32,946 bases of DNA from a virus (Duplodnaviria > Heunggongvirae > Uroviricota > Caudoviricetes). The stretch's first letter is position 1; the number at the start of each line of letters is the position of its first letter. Shown piece after piece: positions 8,536 through 17,916 of this stretch. The notes below the pieces were generated by a model. It was not told the DNA's origin and did not search any database. It worked only from the letters and a program-made list of their open reading frames with translations. The position numbers were made by a program, and so were the translations under genes. The stretch is taken from the IMG/VR virus record IMGVR_UViG_2713897042_000007. One strand, 5' to 3'.

Positions 8536-9420
8536 ATGAAATTTTATACTCCATTAAGATACCCCGGCGGGAAAGGTAAGTTATCTTACTTTTTAAAAGA
8601 TGTTATTGAAAAAAACTCGTTGAATGATGGAGCATATGCAGAACCTTACGCTGGTGGTGCAGGGGTGGCTTTAGAATTATTATTGGAAGAGTATGTCCGT
8701 AAAATCTATATAAATGATGCAGATTTTGCTGTTTATTCTTTTTGGTCATCTGTTGTTAGTGATACTGATGAGCTTTGCCGACTTATTAGCCGAGCAAAGA
8801 TAGATATGGATGAATGGTCTTTTCATCGCTATGTTATTTCGAATCCTTCTGAGTTTACTAAGCTTGAGGTTGGCTTTGCTGCGTTTTTCTTAAATAGAAC
8901 AAATCGTTCAGGTATTCTCAAGGCGGGGGTTATAGGCGGGAAATCACAAAATGGAAAATGGAAAATGGATGTTCGCTTTAACAGGGCGGATTTAATTTCA
9001 AGAATTGAGAAGATAGCAAATTATAATCAAAGAATAGTAGTAACTAATCTGGATGCTTTGGATTTTCTTGATGCCTTGAATTTTATGGATAATATGGGAA
9101 AGGTGGATAAAAATAAAATTCTTTTGTATTTGGATCCTCCTTACTATATTAAAGGGCAAGGGCTTTACAGGAATTTTTATGAGCATGATGACCATGTATT
9201 GGTTATGAAGAAACTCACAGAAATTAATTTCCCAAATTGGCTTGTTTCTTATGATAACGCTAAGGAAATTAAAGATATTTATAATGGATTTCCGCAAGTT
9301 GAGTATTCATTGCAATATACAGCGCATCTCAAAAAATCTGGAGAGGAAGTGATGATTTTTTCTCCTGAAATAATTATTCCTAATACCCTGAAAGGGGTCT
9401 CAATTCCAACTTGCGCCTGA
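8536..9420 (+). CDS. Dam-family (D12 class) N6-adenine DNA methyltransferase (cargo)
   Basis: 294 aa. N-terminal RYPGGKGKL, AdoMet-binding EPYAGGAG and catalytic DPPY align to the same positions as in E. coli Dam. RBS GAGAGGG upstream. AT-rich, co-oriented with the gene before it. Confidence 0.85.
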   Translation: MKFYTPLRYPGGKGKLSYFLKDVIEKNSLNDGAYAEPYAGGAGVALELLLEEYVRKIYINDADFAVYSFWSSVVSDTDELCRLISRAKIDMDEWSFHRYVISNPSEFTKLEVGFAAFFLNRTNRSGILKAGVIGGKSQNGKWKMDVRFNRADLISRIEKIANYNQRIVVTNLDALDFLDALNFMDNMGKVDKNKILLYLDPPYYIKGQGLYRNFYEHDDHVLVMKKLTEINFPNWLVSYDNAKEIKDIYNGFPQVEYSLQYTAHLKKSGEEVMIFSPEIIIPNTLKGVSIPTCA

Positions 9421-9567
9421 TTTTACTTATTTTTTGTCAGTAAGTAATTAGTTTGGTGCATTTATTTGCATTCATTTTTAAATGCCAGTTCTGGTATCTA
9501 ACATCAGTGCTGGCGCATTCTAACCATTACTGCTGCACTGCATTTAAAGCCCTGCATGAAGCGGGCG

Positions 9568-9586
9568 GGCGAGGCGGGGAAAGCAC
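9568..9586. other. cos cohesive-end site
   Basis: GGCGAGGCGGGGAAAGCAC matches the 19-nt P2/186 cohesive end as I recall it. Lies in the non-coding gap just before the portal/terminase genes, as in P2, with G/T-rich repeats to its right. Confidence 0.75.
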
Positions 9587-9728
9587 TGCGCGCTGGCGGT
9601 GGTGCTGATTTTATTTTTTCAGCGTCTCAGCGCGTCGTAATGGCGTTTAGATTGTGCGCCGGGGCGCTGGTGTGTCTGCGGGCTGTTTTGTGCGGTGGTG
9701 AGTGTGTGAGGGCGTGATGACGGGGTGT

Positions 9729-9750
9729 AAAAAAGCCGCCCGCAGGCGGC
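9729..9750 (-). terminator. Rho-independent terminator after Q
   Basis: On the minus strand: GCCGCC-tgcg-GGCGGC hairpin followed by TTTTTT, immediately after the Q stop codon. Confidence 0.65.
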
Positions 9751-9755
9751 GATGT

Positions 9756-10790
9756 TCAGCCGTTGTCTGTGTCCAGTGAGTAGTTTTTAAAGCGGATGAC
9801 CTCCTGACCGAGCCAGCCGTTTATTTCCCGAATCCTGTCCTGTAGCGGGATAAGCTCATTGCGGACAAAGACCTTTGCCACTTTCTCAATATCACCCAGC
9901 GACCCGACGTTCTCCGGCTTGCCGCCCATCAACTGAAAGGGGATGCGGTGTGCGTCCAGCAGGTCAGCGGCGCTGGCTTTTTTGATATTAAAAAAATCGT
10001 CCTTCGTTGCCACTTCACTGAGCGGGATAATTTTAATGCCGTCAGCTTTCCCCTGCGGGGCATAGAGAAACAGATTTTTAAAGTTGTTGCGGCCTTTCGA
10101 CTTCACCATGTTTTCGCGAAGCATTTCGATATCGTTGCGATCCTGCACGGCATCGGTGACGTACATGATGTATCCGGCATGTGCGCCGTTTTCGTAATAC
10201 TTGCGGCGGAACAACGTGGCCGACTCATTCAGCCAGGCAGAGTTAAGGGCGCTGAGGTATTCCGGCAGGCCGTACAGCTCCTGATTAATATCCGGCTCCA
10301 GCAGGTGAAACACGGAACCGGGCGTGAAAGGTGTCGGCTCGTTGAAGGACGGCACCCACCAGTAAACATCCTCTTCCACACCACGGCGGGTATATTTTGC
10401 CGGTGAGGTTTCCAGTCTGATGACCTTACCGGTGGTGCTGTAACGCTTTTCCAGAAACGCATTACCGAACACCAGAAAATCCAGCACAAAGCGGCTGAAA
10501 TCCTGCTGGGACAGCCACGGGTGCGGGATAAACGTTGAAGCCAGAATATTGCGTTTGACGTAAATCGGTGAGCTGTGATGCACGGCAGCACGCAGGCTTT
10601 TTGCCAGACCGGTAAAGCTGATTGGTGGCTCATACCATCTGCCGTTACTGATGCATTCGACGTAATCCAGAATGTCACGGCGGTCGAGTACCGGCACCGG
10701 CTCACCAAAGGTGAATGCCTCCATTTTCGGAGCGCTGGCGGTGATTGTTTTTTCCGCAGGTTGCGGTGTTTTCCCTTTTTTCTTGCTCAT
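9756..10790 (-). CDS. Q: Portal protein
   Basis: 344 aa, the P2 Q length. First gene of the leftward Q-P operon next to cos. Confidence 0.93.
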   Translation of the reverse strand: MSKKKGKTPQPAEKTITASAPKMEAFTFGEPVPVLDRRDILDYVECISNGRWYEPPISFTGLAKSLRAAVHHSSPIYVKRNILASTFIPHPWLSQQDFSRFVLDFLVFGNAFLEKRYSTTGKVIRLETSPAKYTRRGVEEDVYWWVPSFNEPTPFTPGSVFHLLEPDINQELYGLPEYLSALNSAWLNESATLFRRKYYENGAHAGYIMYVTDAVQDRNDIEMLRENMVKSKGRNNFKNLFLYAPQGKADGIKIIPLSEVATKDDFFNIKKASAADLLDAHRIPFQLMGGKPENVGSLGDIEKVAKVFVRNELIPLQDRIREINGWLGQEVIRFKNYSLDTDNG

Positions 10791-12562
10791 CAGTAAAACT
10801 CCAGAATGGTGGATGTCAGCGGGGTGCTGATACCGGCGGTGAGTGGCTCATTTAACAGGGCGTGCATGGTCGCCCAGGCGAGGTCGGCGTGGCTGGCTTC
10901 CTCGCTGCGACTGGCCTCATAGGTGGCGCTGCGTCCGCTGCTGGTCATGGTCTTGCGGATAGCCATAAACGAGCTGGTGATGTCGGTGGCGCTGACGTCA
11001 TATTCCAGACAGCCACGGCGGATAACGTCTTTGGCCTTGAGCACCATTGCGGTTTTCATTTCCGGCGTGTAGCGGATATCGCGCGCGGCGGGATAGAACG
11101 AGCGCACGAGCTGGAACACGCCGACACCGAGGCCGGTGGCATCAATTCCGATGTATTCGACGTTGTATTTTTCGGTGAGTTTGCGGATGGATTCAGCCTG
11201 AGTGGCAAAGTCCATGCCTTTCCACTGGTGACGCTCAAGTATTCTGAATTTGCCACCGGCCACCACCGGCGGTGCCAGCACCACGCATCCGGCACTGTCG
11301 CCACGGTGTGACGGGTCGTAACCAATCCAGACCGGGCGGGAGCCGAACGGATTGGCGGCAAACGGCGCATAGTCTTCCCATTCTTCCAGCGTGTCGACCA
11401 TGCAGCGTTGCAGCTCCTCGAACGGGAACACCGATGCCTTGTCGTCAACAAATTCACACATGAACAGGTTTTTAAAATCGTCGGCGCTGTTTTCGCGTTT
11501 GAGCTGCTCAATGTCGAACAGCGTGCAGCCGCCTTTCAGGGCGTCCTCAATGGTGACAATCTGTCGCCACTGGCCGTCCGCACAGAGAAGACCTCCGGCA
11601 AGGGCGTTATGACTGACGTCGATTTCCACGCGTTCGGCGGCGCTGGCGCGTCCCCGGTTGAACAGTTCACCCGACCAGAACGGGTAGGCGTCGTGCGCCA
11701 GCGTGGACGGGGTGGAGAAATAGGTCGAGCGCAGGTGACTCTGTGAGGCCATACCTGATGCCACCTTACGCAGTACCTGAAAATTCGGGATCCAGAAAAT
11801 CTCGTCGACGTACAGGTCGCCGTTATGGCTCTGTGCGGTGTTGGAGTTGGTGCCGAGAAAAATCAGTTTTGCGCCGTTATTGCCCAGGACAATCGGGTCA
11901 CCGGTAAGGTCAACGTCAACCAGACGGGCAAAGGCGATGATGTATTCGCGGAACACATACGCCTGCGTTTTACTGGCCGACAGAAAAATCTGGTTATGAC
12001 CGGTTTTCAGGGCGCGCAGCAGCGCCTCGCGGGAAAAATAAAACGTTGCGCCAATCTGGCGGGATTTCAGGATATCGCGGATGCGGTGCTCAAGCCCGGC
12101 GCGATACCAGTGCAACTGATAGTCGAAAGACTGCTCAAAGAAAATCTGCTCCAGCTTTTCGATGGCCTCGTCACTGAAAAAATTCTTTTTCGGTTTGCGA
12201 CGCCCGCCTTTGTTGCGGTTAGCGACGTTCGGATTAAGGTCTGCTTCGTTGCCGGTCTGACTGTAGCGGTTGACCCGTGCCAGTCGTTCAATCTGGCGTC
12301 CGAGCAGGTCAATTTCCTTGAAGTCACCGCCGGTTTTCTGCGGTTTGATGATGAGCTGGGTCAGCCGCGCTTCCAGACTCATTTCGACACGGCTGATGGG
12401 GGCAACGCTGTCCCAGCCGTCGCGCTGTTTCCAGCTCTGCACCGTCGGGCGTTTCATCTGCAACATGGCGGCAATCTGCGGCACGGAAAACCCCTGCCAG
12501 TACAGCAGCGCCGCCTGACGACGCGGGTCGTGTAAAAGAGTGGTGTCTGTGGTGATGGTCAT
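10790..12562 (-). CDS. P: Terminase large (ATPase) subunit
   Basis: Start at the internal Met (MTITTDTT...) gives 590 aa, the P2 P length (track ORF is 600 aa). Stop overlaps the Q start by 1 nt. Confidence 0.92.
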   Translation of the reverse strand: MTITTDTTLLHDPRRQAALLYWQGFSVPQIAAMLQMKRPTVQSWKQRDGWDSVAPISRVEMSLEARLTQLIIKPQKTGGDFKEIDLLGRQIERLARVNRYSQTGNEADLNPNVANRNKGGRRKPKKNFFSDEAIEKLEQIFFEQSFDYQLHWYRAGLEHRIRDILKSRQIGATFYFSREALLRALKTGHNQIFLSASKTQAYVFREYIIAFARLVDVDLTGDPIVLGNNGAKLIFLGTNSNTAQSHNGDLYVDEIFWIPNFQVLRKVASGMASQSHLRSTYFSTPSTLAHDAYPFWSGELFNRGRASAAERVEIDVSHNALAGGLLCADGQWRQIVTIEDALKGGCTLFDIEQLKRENSADDFKNLFMCEFVDDKASVFPFEELQRCMVDTLEEWEDYAPFAANPFGSRPVWIGYDPSHRGDSAGCVVLAPPVVAGGKFRILERHQWKGMDFATQAESIRKLTEKYNVEYIGIDATGLGVGVFQLVRSFYPAARDIRYTPEMKTAMVLKAKDVIRRGCLEYDVSATDITSSFMAIRKTMTSSGRSATYEASRSEEASHADLAWATMHALLNEPLTAGISTPLTSTILEFY

Positions 12563-12735
12563 GAATACCTCGCCGTGATGAATACACGGCAAGGCTACTG
12601 AGTCGCGCCCCGCGATTCGCTAATGTGCTGTTGTGTCAGTGATAAACCATCCGGGACTGATGGCGGAGGATGCGCATCGTCGGGAAACTGATGCCGACAT
12701 GTGACTCCTCTAATCACTATTCAGGACTCCTGACA

Positions 12736-13590
12736 ATGGCAAAAAAAGTCTCAAAATTCTTTCGTATCGGCGTTGAGGGTGACACCTGTGACGGGCGTGT
12801 CATCAGTGCGCAGGATATTCAGGAAATGGCCGAAACCTTTGACCCGCGTGTCTATGGTTGCCGCATTAACCTGGAACATCTGCGCGGCATCCTGCCTGAC
12901 GGTATTTTTAAACGTTATGGCGATGTGGCCGAACTGAAGGCCGAAAAGATTGACGATGATTCGGCGCTGAAAGGCAAATGGGCGCTGTTTGCGAAAATCA
13001 CCCCGACTGATGACCTTATCGCGATGAACAAGGCCGCGCAGAAGGTCTATACCTCAATGGAAATTCAGCCGAACTTTGCCAACACCGGCAAATGTTATCT
13101 GGTGGGGCTGGCCGTCACCGATGACCCGGCAAGCCTCGGCACGGAATACCTGGAATTCTGCCGCACGGCAAAACACAACCCCCTGAACCGCTTCAAATTA
13201 AGCCCTGAAAACCTGATTTCAGTGGCAACGCCCGTTGAGCTGGAATTTGAAGACCTGCCTGAAACCGTGTTCACCGCCCTGACCGAAAAGGTGAAATCCA
13301 TTTTTGGCCGCAAGCAGGCCAGCGATGACGCCCGTCTGAATGACGTGCATGAAGCGGTGACCGCTGTTGCTGAACATGTGCAGGAAAAACTGAGTGCCAC
13401 TGAGCAGCGCCTTGCTGAGATGGAAACCGCCTTTTCCGCTCTTAAGCAGGAGGTGACTGACAGGGCGGATGAAACCAGCCAGGCATTCACCCGCCTGAAA
13501 AACAGTCTCGACCACACCGAAAGTCTGACCCAGCAGCGCCGCAGCAAGGCCACCGGTGGTGGCGGTGACGCCCTGATGACGAACTGCTGA
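12736..13590 (+). CDS. O: Capsid scaffolding protein
   Basis: Start at the internal Met (MAKKVSKFF...) gives 284 aa, the P2 O length. Divergent from P. Confidence 0.9.
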   Translation: MAKKVSKFFRIGVEGDTCDGRVISAQDIQEMAETFDPRVYGCRINLEHLRGILPDGIFKRYGDVAELKAEKIDDDSALKGKWALFAKITPTDDLIAMNKAAQKVYTSMEIQPNFANTGKCYLVGLAVTDDPASLGTEYLEFCRTAKHNPLNRFKLSPENLISVATPVELEFEDLPETVFTALTEKVKSIFGRKQASDDARLNDVHEAVTAVAEHVQEKLSATEQRLAEMETAFSALKQEVTDRADETSQAFTRLKNSLDHTESLTQQRRSKATGGGGDALMTNC

Positions 13591-13648
13591 CCGGCGTCAG
13601 TCAGTCCGGGAAAACCTTCACGATTAACCCTTAATTTCAGGAAAAACT

Positions 13649-14722
13649 ATGCGCCAGGAAACCCGCTTTAAATTTAATGCTTACCTGTCCCGTGTTGCCG
13701 AACTGAACGGCATCGACGCCGGTGATGTGTCGAAAAAATTCACCGTTGAACCGTCGGTCACCCAGACCCTGATGAACACCATGCAGGAGTCCTCTGACTT
13801 TCTGACCCGCATCAACATTGTGCCGGTCAGCGAAATGAAAGGGGAAAAAATTGGCATCGGTGTCACCGGCTCCATCGCCAGCACCACCGACACCGCCGGT
13901 GGCACCGAGCGTCAGCCGAAGGACTTCTCGAAGCTGGCGTCAAACAAGTACGAATGCGACCAGATTAACTTCGATTTTTATATCCGCTACAAAACGCTGG
14001 ACCTGTGGGCGCGTTATCAGGATTTCCAGCTCCGTGTCCGTAACGCCATTATCAAACGCCAGTCCCTTGATTTCATCATGGCCGGTTTTAACGGCGTGAA
14101 GCGTGCCGAAACCTCTGACCGCAGCAGTAACCCGATGCTGCAGGATGTGGCGGTCGGCTGGCTGCAGAAATACCGCAATGAAGCCCCGGCGCGCGTGATG
14201 AGCAAGGTTACTGACGAGGAAGGTCACACGACCTCTGAGGTCATCCGCGTGGGTAAGGGCGGTGATTATGCCAGCCTCGATGCACTGGTGATGGATGCGA
14301 CCAACAACCTGATTGAGCCGTGGTATCAGGAAGACCCTGACCTTGTGGTGATTGTGGGGCGTCAGCTGCTGGCGGACAAGTATTTCCCCATCGTCAACAG
14401 GGAGCAGGACAACAGCGAAATGCTGGCCGCTGACGTCATCATCAGCCAGAAACGCATCGGTAACCTGCCGGCGGTACGCGTCCCGTACTTCCCGGCGGAT
14501 GCGATGCTCATCACGAAGCTGGAAAACCTGTCCATCTACTACATGGATGACAGCCATCGCCGCGTGATTGTGGAAAACCCGAAACTCGACCGCGTGGAGA
14601 ACTACGAGTCAATGAACATTGATTACGTGGTGGAAGACTACGCCGCCGGTTGTCTGGTGGAAAAAATCAAGGTCGGTGACTTCTCCACACCGGCCAAGGC
14701 GACCGCAGAGCCGGGAGCGTAA
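13649..14722 (+). CDS. N: Major capsid protein
   Basis: 357 aa, the P2 N length, following O. Confidence 0.93.
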   Translation: MRQETRFKFNAYLSRVAELNGIDAGDVSKKFTVEPSVTQTLMNTMQESSDFLTRINIVPVSEMKGEKIGIGVTGSIASTTDTAGGTERQPKDFSKLASNKYECDQINFDFYIRYKTLDLWARYQDFQLRVRNAIIKRQSLDFIMAGFNGVKRAETSDRSSNPMLQDVAVGWLQKYRNEAPARVMSKVTDEEGHTTSEVIRVGKGGDYASLDALVMDATNNLIEPWYQEDPDLVVIVGRQLLADKYFPIVNREQDNSEMLAADVIISQKRIGNLPAVRVPYFPADAMLITKLENLSIYYMDDSHRRVIVENPKLDRVENYESMNIDYVVEDYAAGCLVEKIKVGDFSTPAKATAEPGA

Positions 14723-14725
14723 CCG

Positions 14726-15469
14726 ATGACGAGTCCCGCACAGCGCCACATGATGCGGGTCTCGGCAGCGATGACCGCGCAGCGGGAAGCCGCCCCGCTG
14801 CGACATGCAACTGTCTATGAGCAGATGCTGGTTAAGCTCGCCGCAGACCAGCGCACACTGAAAGCGATTTATTCAAAAGAGCTGAAGGCCGCGAAAAAGC
14901 GCGAACTGCTGCCGTTCTGGTTGCCGTGGGTGAACGGCGTGCTGGAGCAGGGCAAAGGCGCACAGGATGACATTCTGATGACGGTCATGCTGTGGCGTCT
15001 GGATACCGGCGATATTGCCGGTGCGCTGGAGATTGCCCGTTACGCCCTGAAGTACGGTCTGACCATGCCGGGTAAACACCGCCGCACCCCGCCGTACATG
15101 TTCACCGAGGAGGTGGCGCTCGCGGCCATGCGTGCTCACGCTGCCGGTGAGTCTGTGGATACCCGCCTGCTGACGGAGACCCTCGAACTGACCGCCACGG
15201 CTGACATGCCTGATGAAGTGCGCGCAAAGCTGCACAAAATCACCGGTCTGTTTCTGCGTGACGCTGGTGATGCCGCCGGTGCGCTGGCGCACCTGCAACG
15301 TGCGACACAGCTCGACTGTCAGGCAGGCGTCAAAAAAGAGATTGAACGACTGGAGCGGGAACTGAAACCGAAGCCGGAGCCACAGCCAAAAGCGGCCACC
15401 TGCGCCCCGCGTAAGACCCGGAGCGCGACACCGGCAAAACGTGGACGCCCGAAAAAGAAAGCCAGTTAA
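14726..15469 (+). CDS. M: Terminase small (endonuclease) subunit
   Basis: 247 aa, the P2 M length. Confidence 0.9.
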   Translation: MTSPAQRHMMRVSAAMTAQREAAPLRHATVYEQMLVKLAADQRTLKAIYSKELKAAKKRELLPFWLPWVNGVLEQGKGAQDDILMTVMLWRLDTGDIAGALEIARYALKYGLTMPGKHRRTPPYMFTEEVALAAMRAHAAGESVDTRLLTETLELTATADMPDEVRAKLHKITGLFLRDAGDAAGALAHLQRATQLDCQAGVKKEIERLERELKPKPEPQPKAATCAPRKTRSATPAKRGRPKKKAS

Positions 15470-15568
15470 CAACCGAATGCGCCCCGCGCCAGGGCGGCAC
15501 GCCGGTCAGTGAGGGTGAATCACCTGACACTGCACCGGCGTCCACCGCCCGACTTTTCAGAGGTAGTC

Positions 15569-16078
15569 ATGATGACGCTGATTATTCCGCGAAAGGAGGC
15601 TCCCGTGTCCGGTGAGGGTACGGTGGTCATCCCGCAACCGGCAGGCGACGAGCCGGTGATTAAAAACACGTTCTTTTTTCCCGATATCGACCCGAAGCGC
15701 GTCCGGGAACGTATGCGCCTTGAGCAGACCGTCGCCCCCGCCCGTCTGCGTGAGGCTATCAAGTCAGGCATGGCGGAGACAAATGCGGAGCTGTACGAGT
15801 ACCGCGAACAGAAAATTGCCGCCGGTTTTACGCGTCTGGCGGACGTCCCGGCGGACGACATCGACGGTGAAAGCATCAAAGTTTTTTACTACGAGCGCGC
15901 CGTGTGTGCGATGGCGACCGCGTCGCTTTATGAGCGTTATCGCGGCGTGGATGCCAGTGCCAAGGGCGACAAAAAGGCCGACAGCATAGACAGCACCATT
16001 GATGAACTGTGGCGGGATATGCGCTGGGCGGTGGCGCGTATCCAGGACAAGCCGCGCTGCATCGTGAGTCAAATCTGA
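15569..16078 (+). CDS. L: Head completion protein
   Basis: Start at the MM pair (15569) gives 169 aa, the P2 L length, with a GAGGT RBS. Stop overlaps the X start. Confidence 0.88.
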   Translation: MMTLIIPRKEAPVSGEGTVVIPQPAGDEPVIKNTFFFPDIDPKRVRERMRLEQTVAPARLREAIKSGMAETNAELYEYREQKIAAGFTRLADVPADDIDGESIKVFYYERAVCAMATASLYERYRGVDASAKGDKKADSIDSTIDELWRDMRWAVARIQDKPRCIVSQI

Positions 16079-16281
16079 TGAAGACCTTTGCGCTACAGGG
16101 CGACACGCTCGACGCCATTTGTGTCCGGTATTACGGGCGCACTGAGGGCGTGGTTGAGACCGTGCTCGCCGCAAATCCGGGACTGGCTGAACTGGGGGCG
16201 GTGCTGCCACACGGCACCGCCGTCGAACTGCCCGACGTTCAGACCGCACCCGTGGCTGAAACTGTCAATCTGTGGGAGTAA
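16078..16281 (+). CDS. X: Tail protein X (LysM-like)
   Basis: 67 aa from the ATG at 16078 (MKTFALQGDTLDAICVRYYG...), the P2 X length. Track ORF starts further upstream. Confidence 0.88.
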   Translation: MKTFALQGDTLDAICVRYYGRTEGVVETVLAANPGLAELGAVLPHGTAVELPDVQTAPVAETVNLWE

Positions 16282-16284
16282 CGC

Positions 16285-16566
16285 ATGACAGCAGAAGAAA
16301 AAAGCGTCCTGTCGCTTTTCATGATTGGGGTGCTGATTGTTGTCGGCAAGGTGCTTGCCGGTGGTGAACCCATCACCCCGCGTCTGTTTATCGGGCGCAT
16401 GTTGCTCGGTGGTTTTGTCTCGATGGTTGCCGGTGTTGTTCTGGTGCAGTTTCCTGACCTGTCACTGCCTGCGGTGTGCGGCATCGGCTCCATGCTGGGT
16501 ATCGCCGGTTATCAGGTGATTGAGATTGCCATTCAGCGCCGCTTTAAGGGCAGGGGGAAACCGTAA
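16285..16566 (+). CDS. Y: Holin
   Basis: 93 aa, hydrophobic segments, first gene of the lysis cassette. Confidence 0.88.
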   Translation: MTAEEKSVLSLFMIGVLIVVGKVLAGGEPITPRLFIGRMLLGGFVSMVAGVVLVQFPDLSLPAVCGIGSMLGIAGYQVIEIAIQRRFKGRGKP

Positions 16567-17063
16567 TGCCGGTAATTAACACGCATCAGAATATCGCCGC
16601 CTTTCTCGACATGCTGGCGGTATCCGAAGGGACGGCGAATCATCCGCTGACGAAAAACCGGGGCTATGACGTGATAGTCACCGGACTGGACGGGAAGCCG
16701 GAAATATTCACCGACTACAGTGACCACCCGTTCGCGCATGGCCGACCGGCGAAGGTGTTTAACCGTCGCGGTGAAAAATCCACGGCCTCCGGTCGCTATC
16801 AGCAGCTTTACCTGTTCTGGCCGCACTACCGCAAACAGCTTGCCCTGCCGGATTTCAGTCCATTGTCACAGGACAGACTCGCCATTCAGTTGATCCGCGA
16901 ACGCGGTGCACTGGATGACATCCGGGCGGGACGCATTGAGCGCGCCATTTCACGCTGTCGCAATATCTGGGCGTCCCTGCCGGGTGCCGGTTACGGTCAG
17001 CGTGAGCATTCACTGGAAAAACTGGTCACCGTCTGGCGTACCGCTGGCGGCGTACCGGCTTAA
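16566..17063 (+). CDS. K: Endolysin (lysozyme)
   Basis: 165 aa, the P2 K length, directly after the holin. Confidence 0.9.
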   Translation: MPVINTHQNIAAFLDMLAVSEGTANHPLTKNRGYDVIVTGLDGKPEIFTDYSDHPFAHGRPAKVFNRRGEKSTASGRYQQLYLFWPHYRKQLALPDFSPLSQDRLAIQLIRERGALDDIRAGRIERAISRCRNIWASLPGAGYGQREHSLEKLVTVWRTAGGVPA

Positions 17064-17077
17064 ACGGAGTAAACACC

Positions 17078-17503
17078 ATGAAGAAATTATCCCTTTCACT
17101 GATGTTGAACGTGTCGCTGGCGCTGATGCTGGCACTGTCCCTGATTTACCCGCAGAGCGTGGCCGTCAGTTTTGTCGCCACCTGGGCGATTCTGGCGACG
17201 GTTATCTGTGTGGTTGCCGGTGGTGTCGGGGTGTATGCCACTGAGTATGTGCTGGAACGCTACGGGCGGGAGCTGCCGCCGGAATCGCTGGCTGTGAAGA
17301 TTGTCACGTCGCTGTTTTTGCAGCCGGTGACGTGGTGCAGACGGGCGGTGGGTCTGGTGGTGATGGTGGCGACGTTTATCTCGCTGGTCGCTGCCGGGTG
17401 GATTTTTACCGCACTGATTTATCTCGTGGCATCGCTGTTTTTCCGGCTGATACGTACGGCCTGCCGTCAGCGTCTTGAGGGGCGGGAACTATGTCAAAAC
17501 TGA
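17078..17503 (+). CDS. lysA: Lysis timing membrane protein LysA
   Basis: 141 aa, strongly hydrophobic, in the P2 lysA position. Confidence 0.85.
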   Translation: MKKLSLSLMLNVSLALMLALSLIYPQSVAVSFVATWAILATVICVVAGGVGVYATEYVLERYGRELPPESLAVKIVTSLFLQPVTWCRRAVGLVVMVATFISLVAAGWIFTALIYLVASLFFRLIRTACRQRLEGRELCQN

Positions 17504-17916
17504 TGACTGTGCTGGTTGTGTTGTTATCACTGGCGGTGGCGGGGCTGTTTCTGGTGAAGCATGAAAATGCCAGCCTGCGCGCCTCGCTGGACAGGGCGAA
17601 CAACGTCGCCAGTGAACAGCAGACGACCATCACCGTGCTGAAAAATCAGCTTCATGTTGCCATCACCAGGGCAGATAAAAACGAGCTGGCGCAGGTGGCA
17701 CTGCGTCAGGAACTGGAGAACGCCGCGAAACGTGAAGCACAGCGCGAGAAAACCATCACGAGGTTACTTAATGAAAACGAGGATTTTCGCCGCTGGTATG
17801 GCGCTGACCTGCCTGATGCTGTGCGCCGGTTGCACCAGCGCCCGGCCTGCGCCGACGCCAGTGATTGTCCACAACGCCTGCCCGAAAGTGAGTCTTTGCC
17901 CGATGCCGGGCATTGA
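17491..17916 (+). CDS. lysB: Rz-like inner-membrane spanin LysB
   Basis: 141 aa with an N-terminal transmembrane segment, then a charged helical region. Confidence 0.85.
   Translation: MSKLMTVLVVLLSLAVAGLFLVKHENASLRASLDRANNVASEQQTTITVLKNQLHVAITRADKNELAQVALRQELENAAKREAQREKTITRLLNENEDFRRWYGADLPDAVRRLHQRPACADASDCPQRLPESESLPDAGH

Noticed and set aside
9948-12535. Several 60-240-aa ORFs on the opposite strand or in alternate frames within Q and P (for example 9948-10406, 10229-10708, 10862-11311, 11056-11511, 11825-12535).
   Set aside because: All lie wholly inside the portal and terminase genes, which match P2 in length and order. Their products are low-complexity Arg/Ala/Gly-rich, typical of shadow ORFs in GC-rich coding DNA, and none has a convincing RBS.
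12593-12735. Tried to pin down Ogr-dependent late promoter elements (TGT-N12-ACA) between P and O, and upstream of V and FI.
   Set aside because: Only imperfect matches were found (for example TGT-N12-CAC near 12697 and TGT-N12-ACC near 18939), so no late promoter is annotated. A motif scan against aligned P2-family late promoters would settle it.
13095-16826. Overlapping ORFs inside the capsid, terminase-small, head-completion and lysis genes (for example 13940-14557, 14873-15472, 15764-16249, 16533-16826).
   Set aside because: Embedded in well-supported structural genes, with no independent start signals and biased composition.
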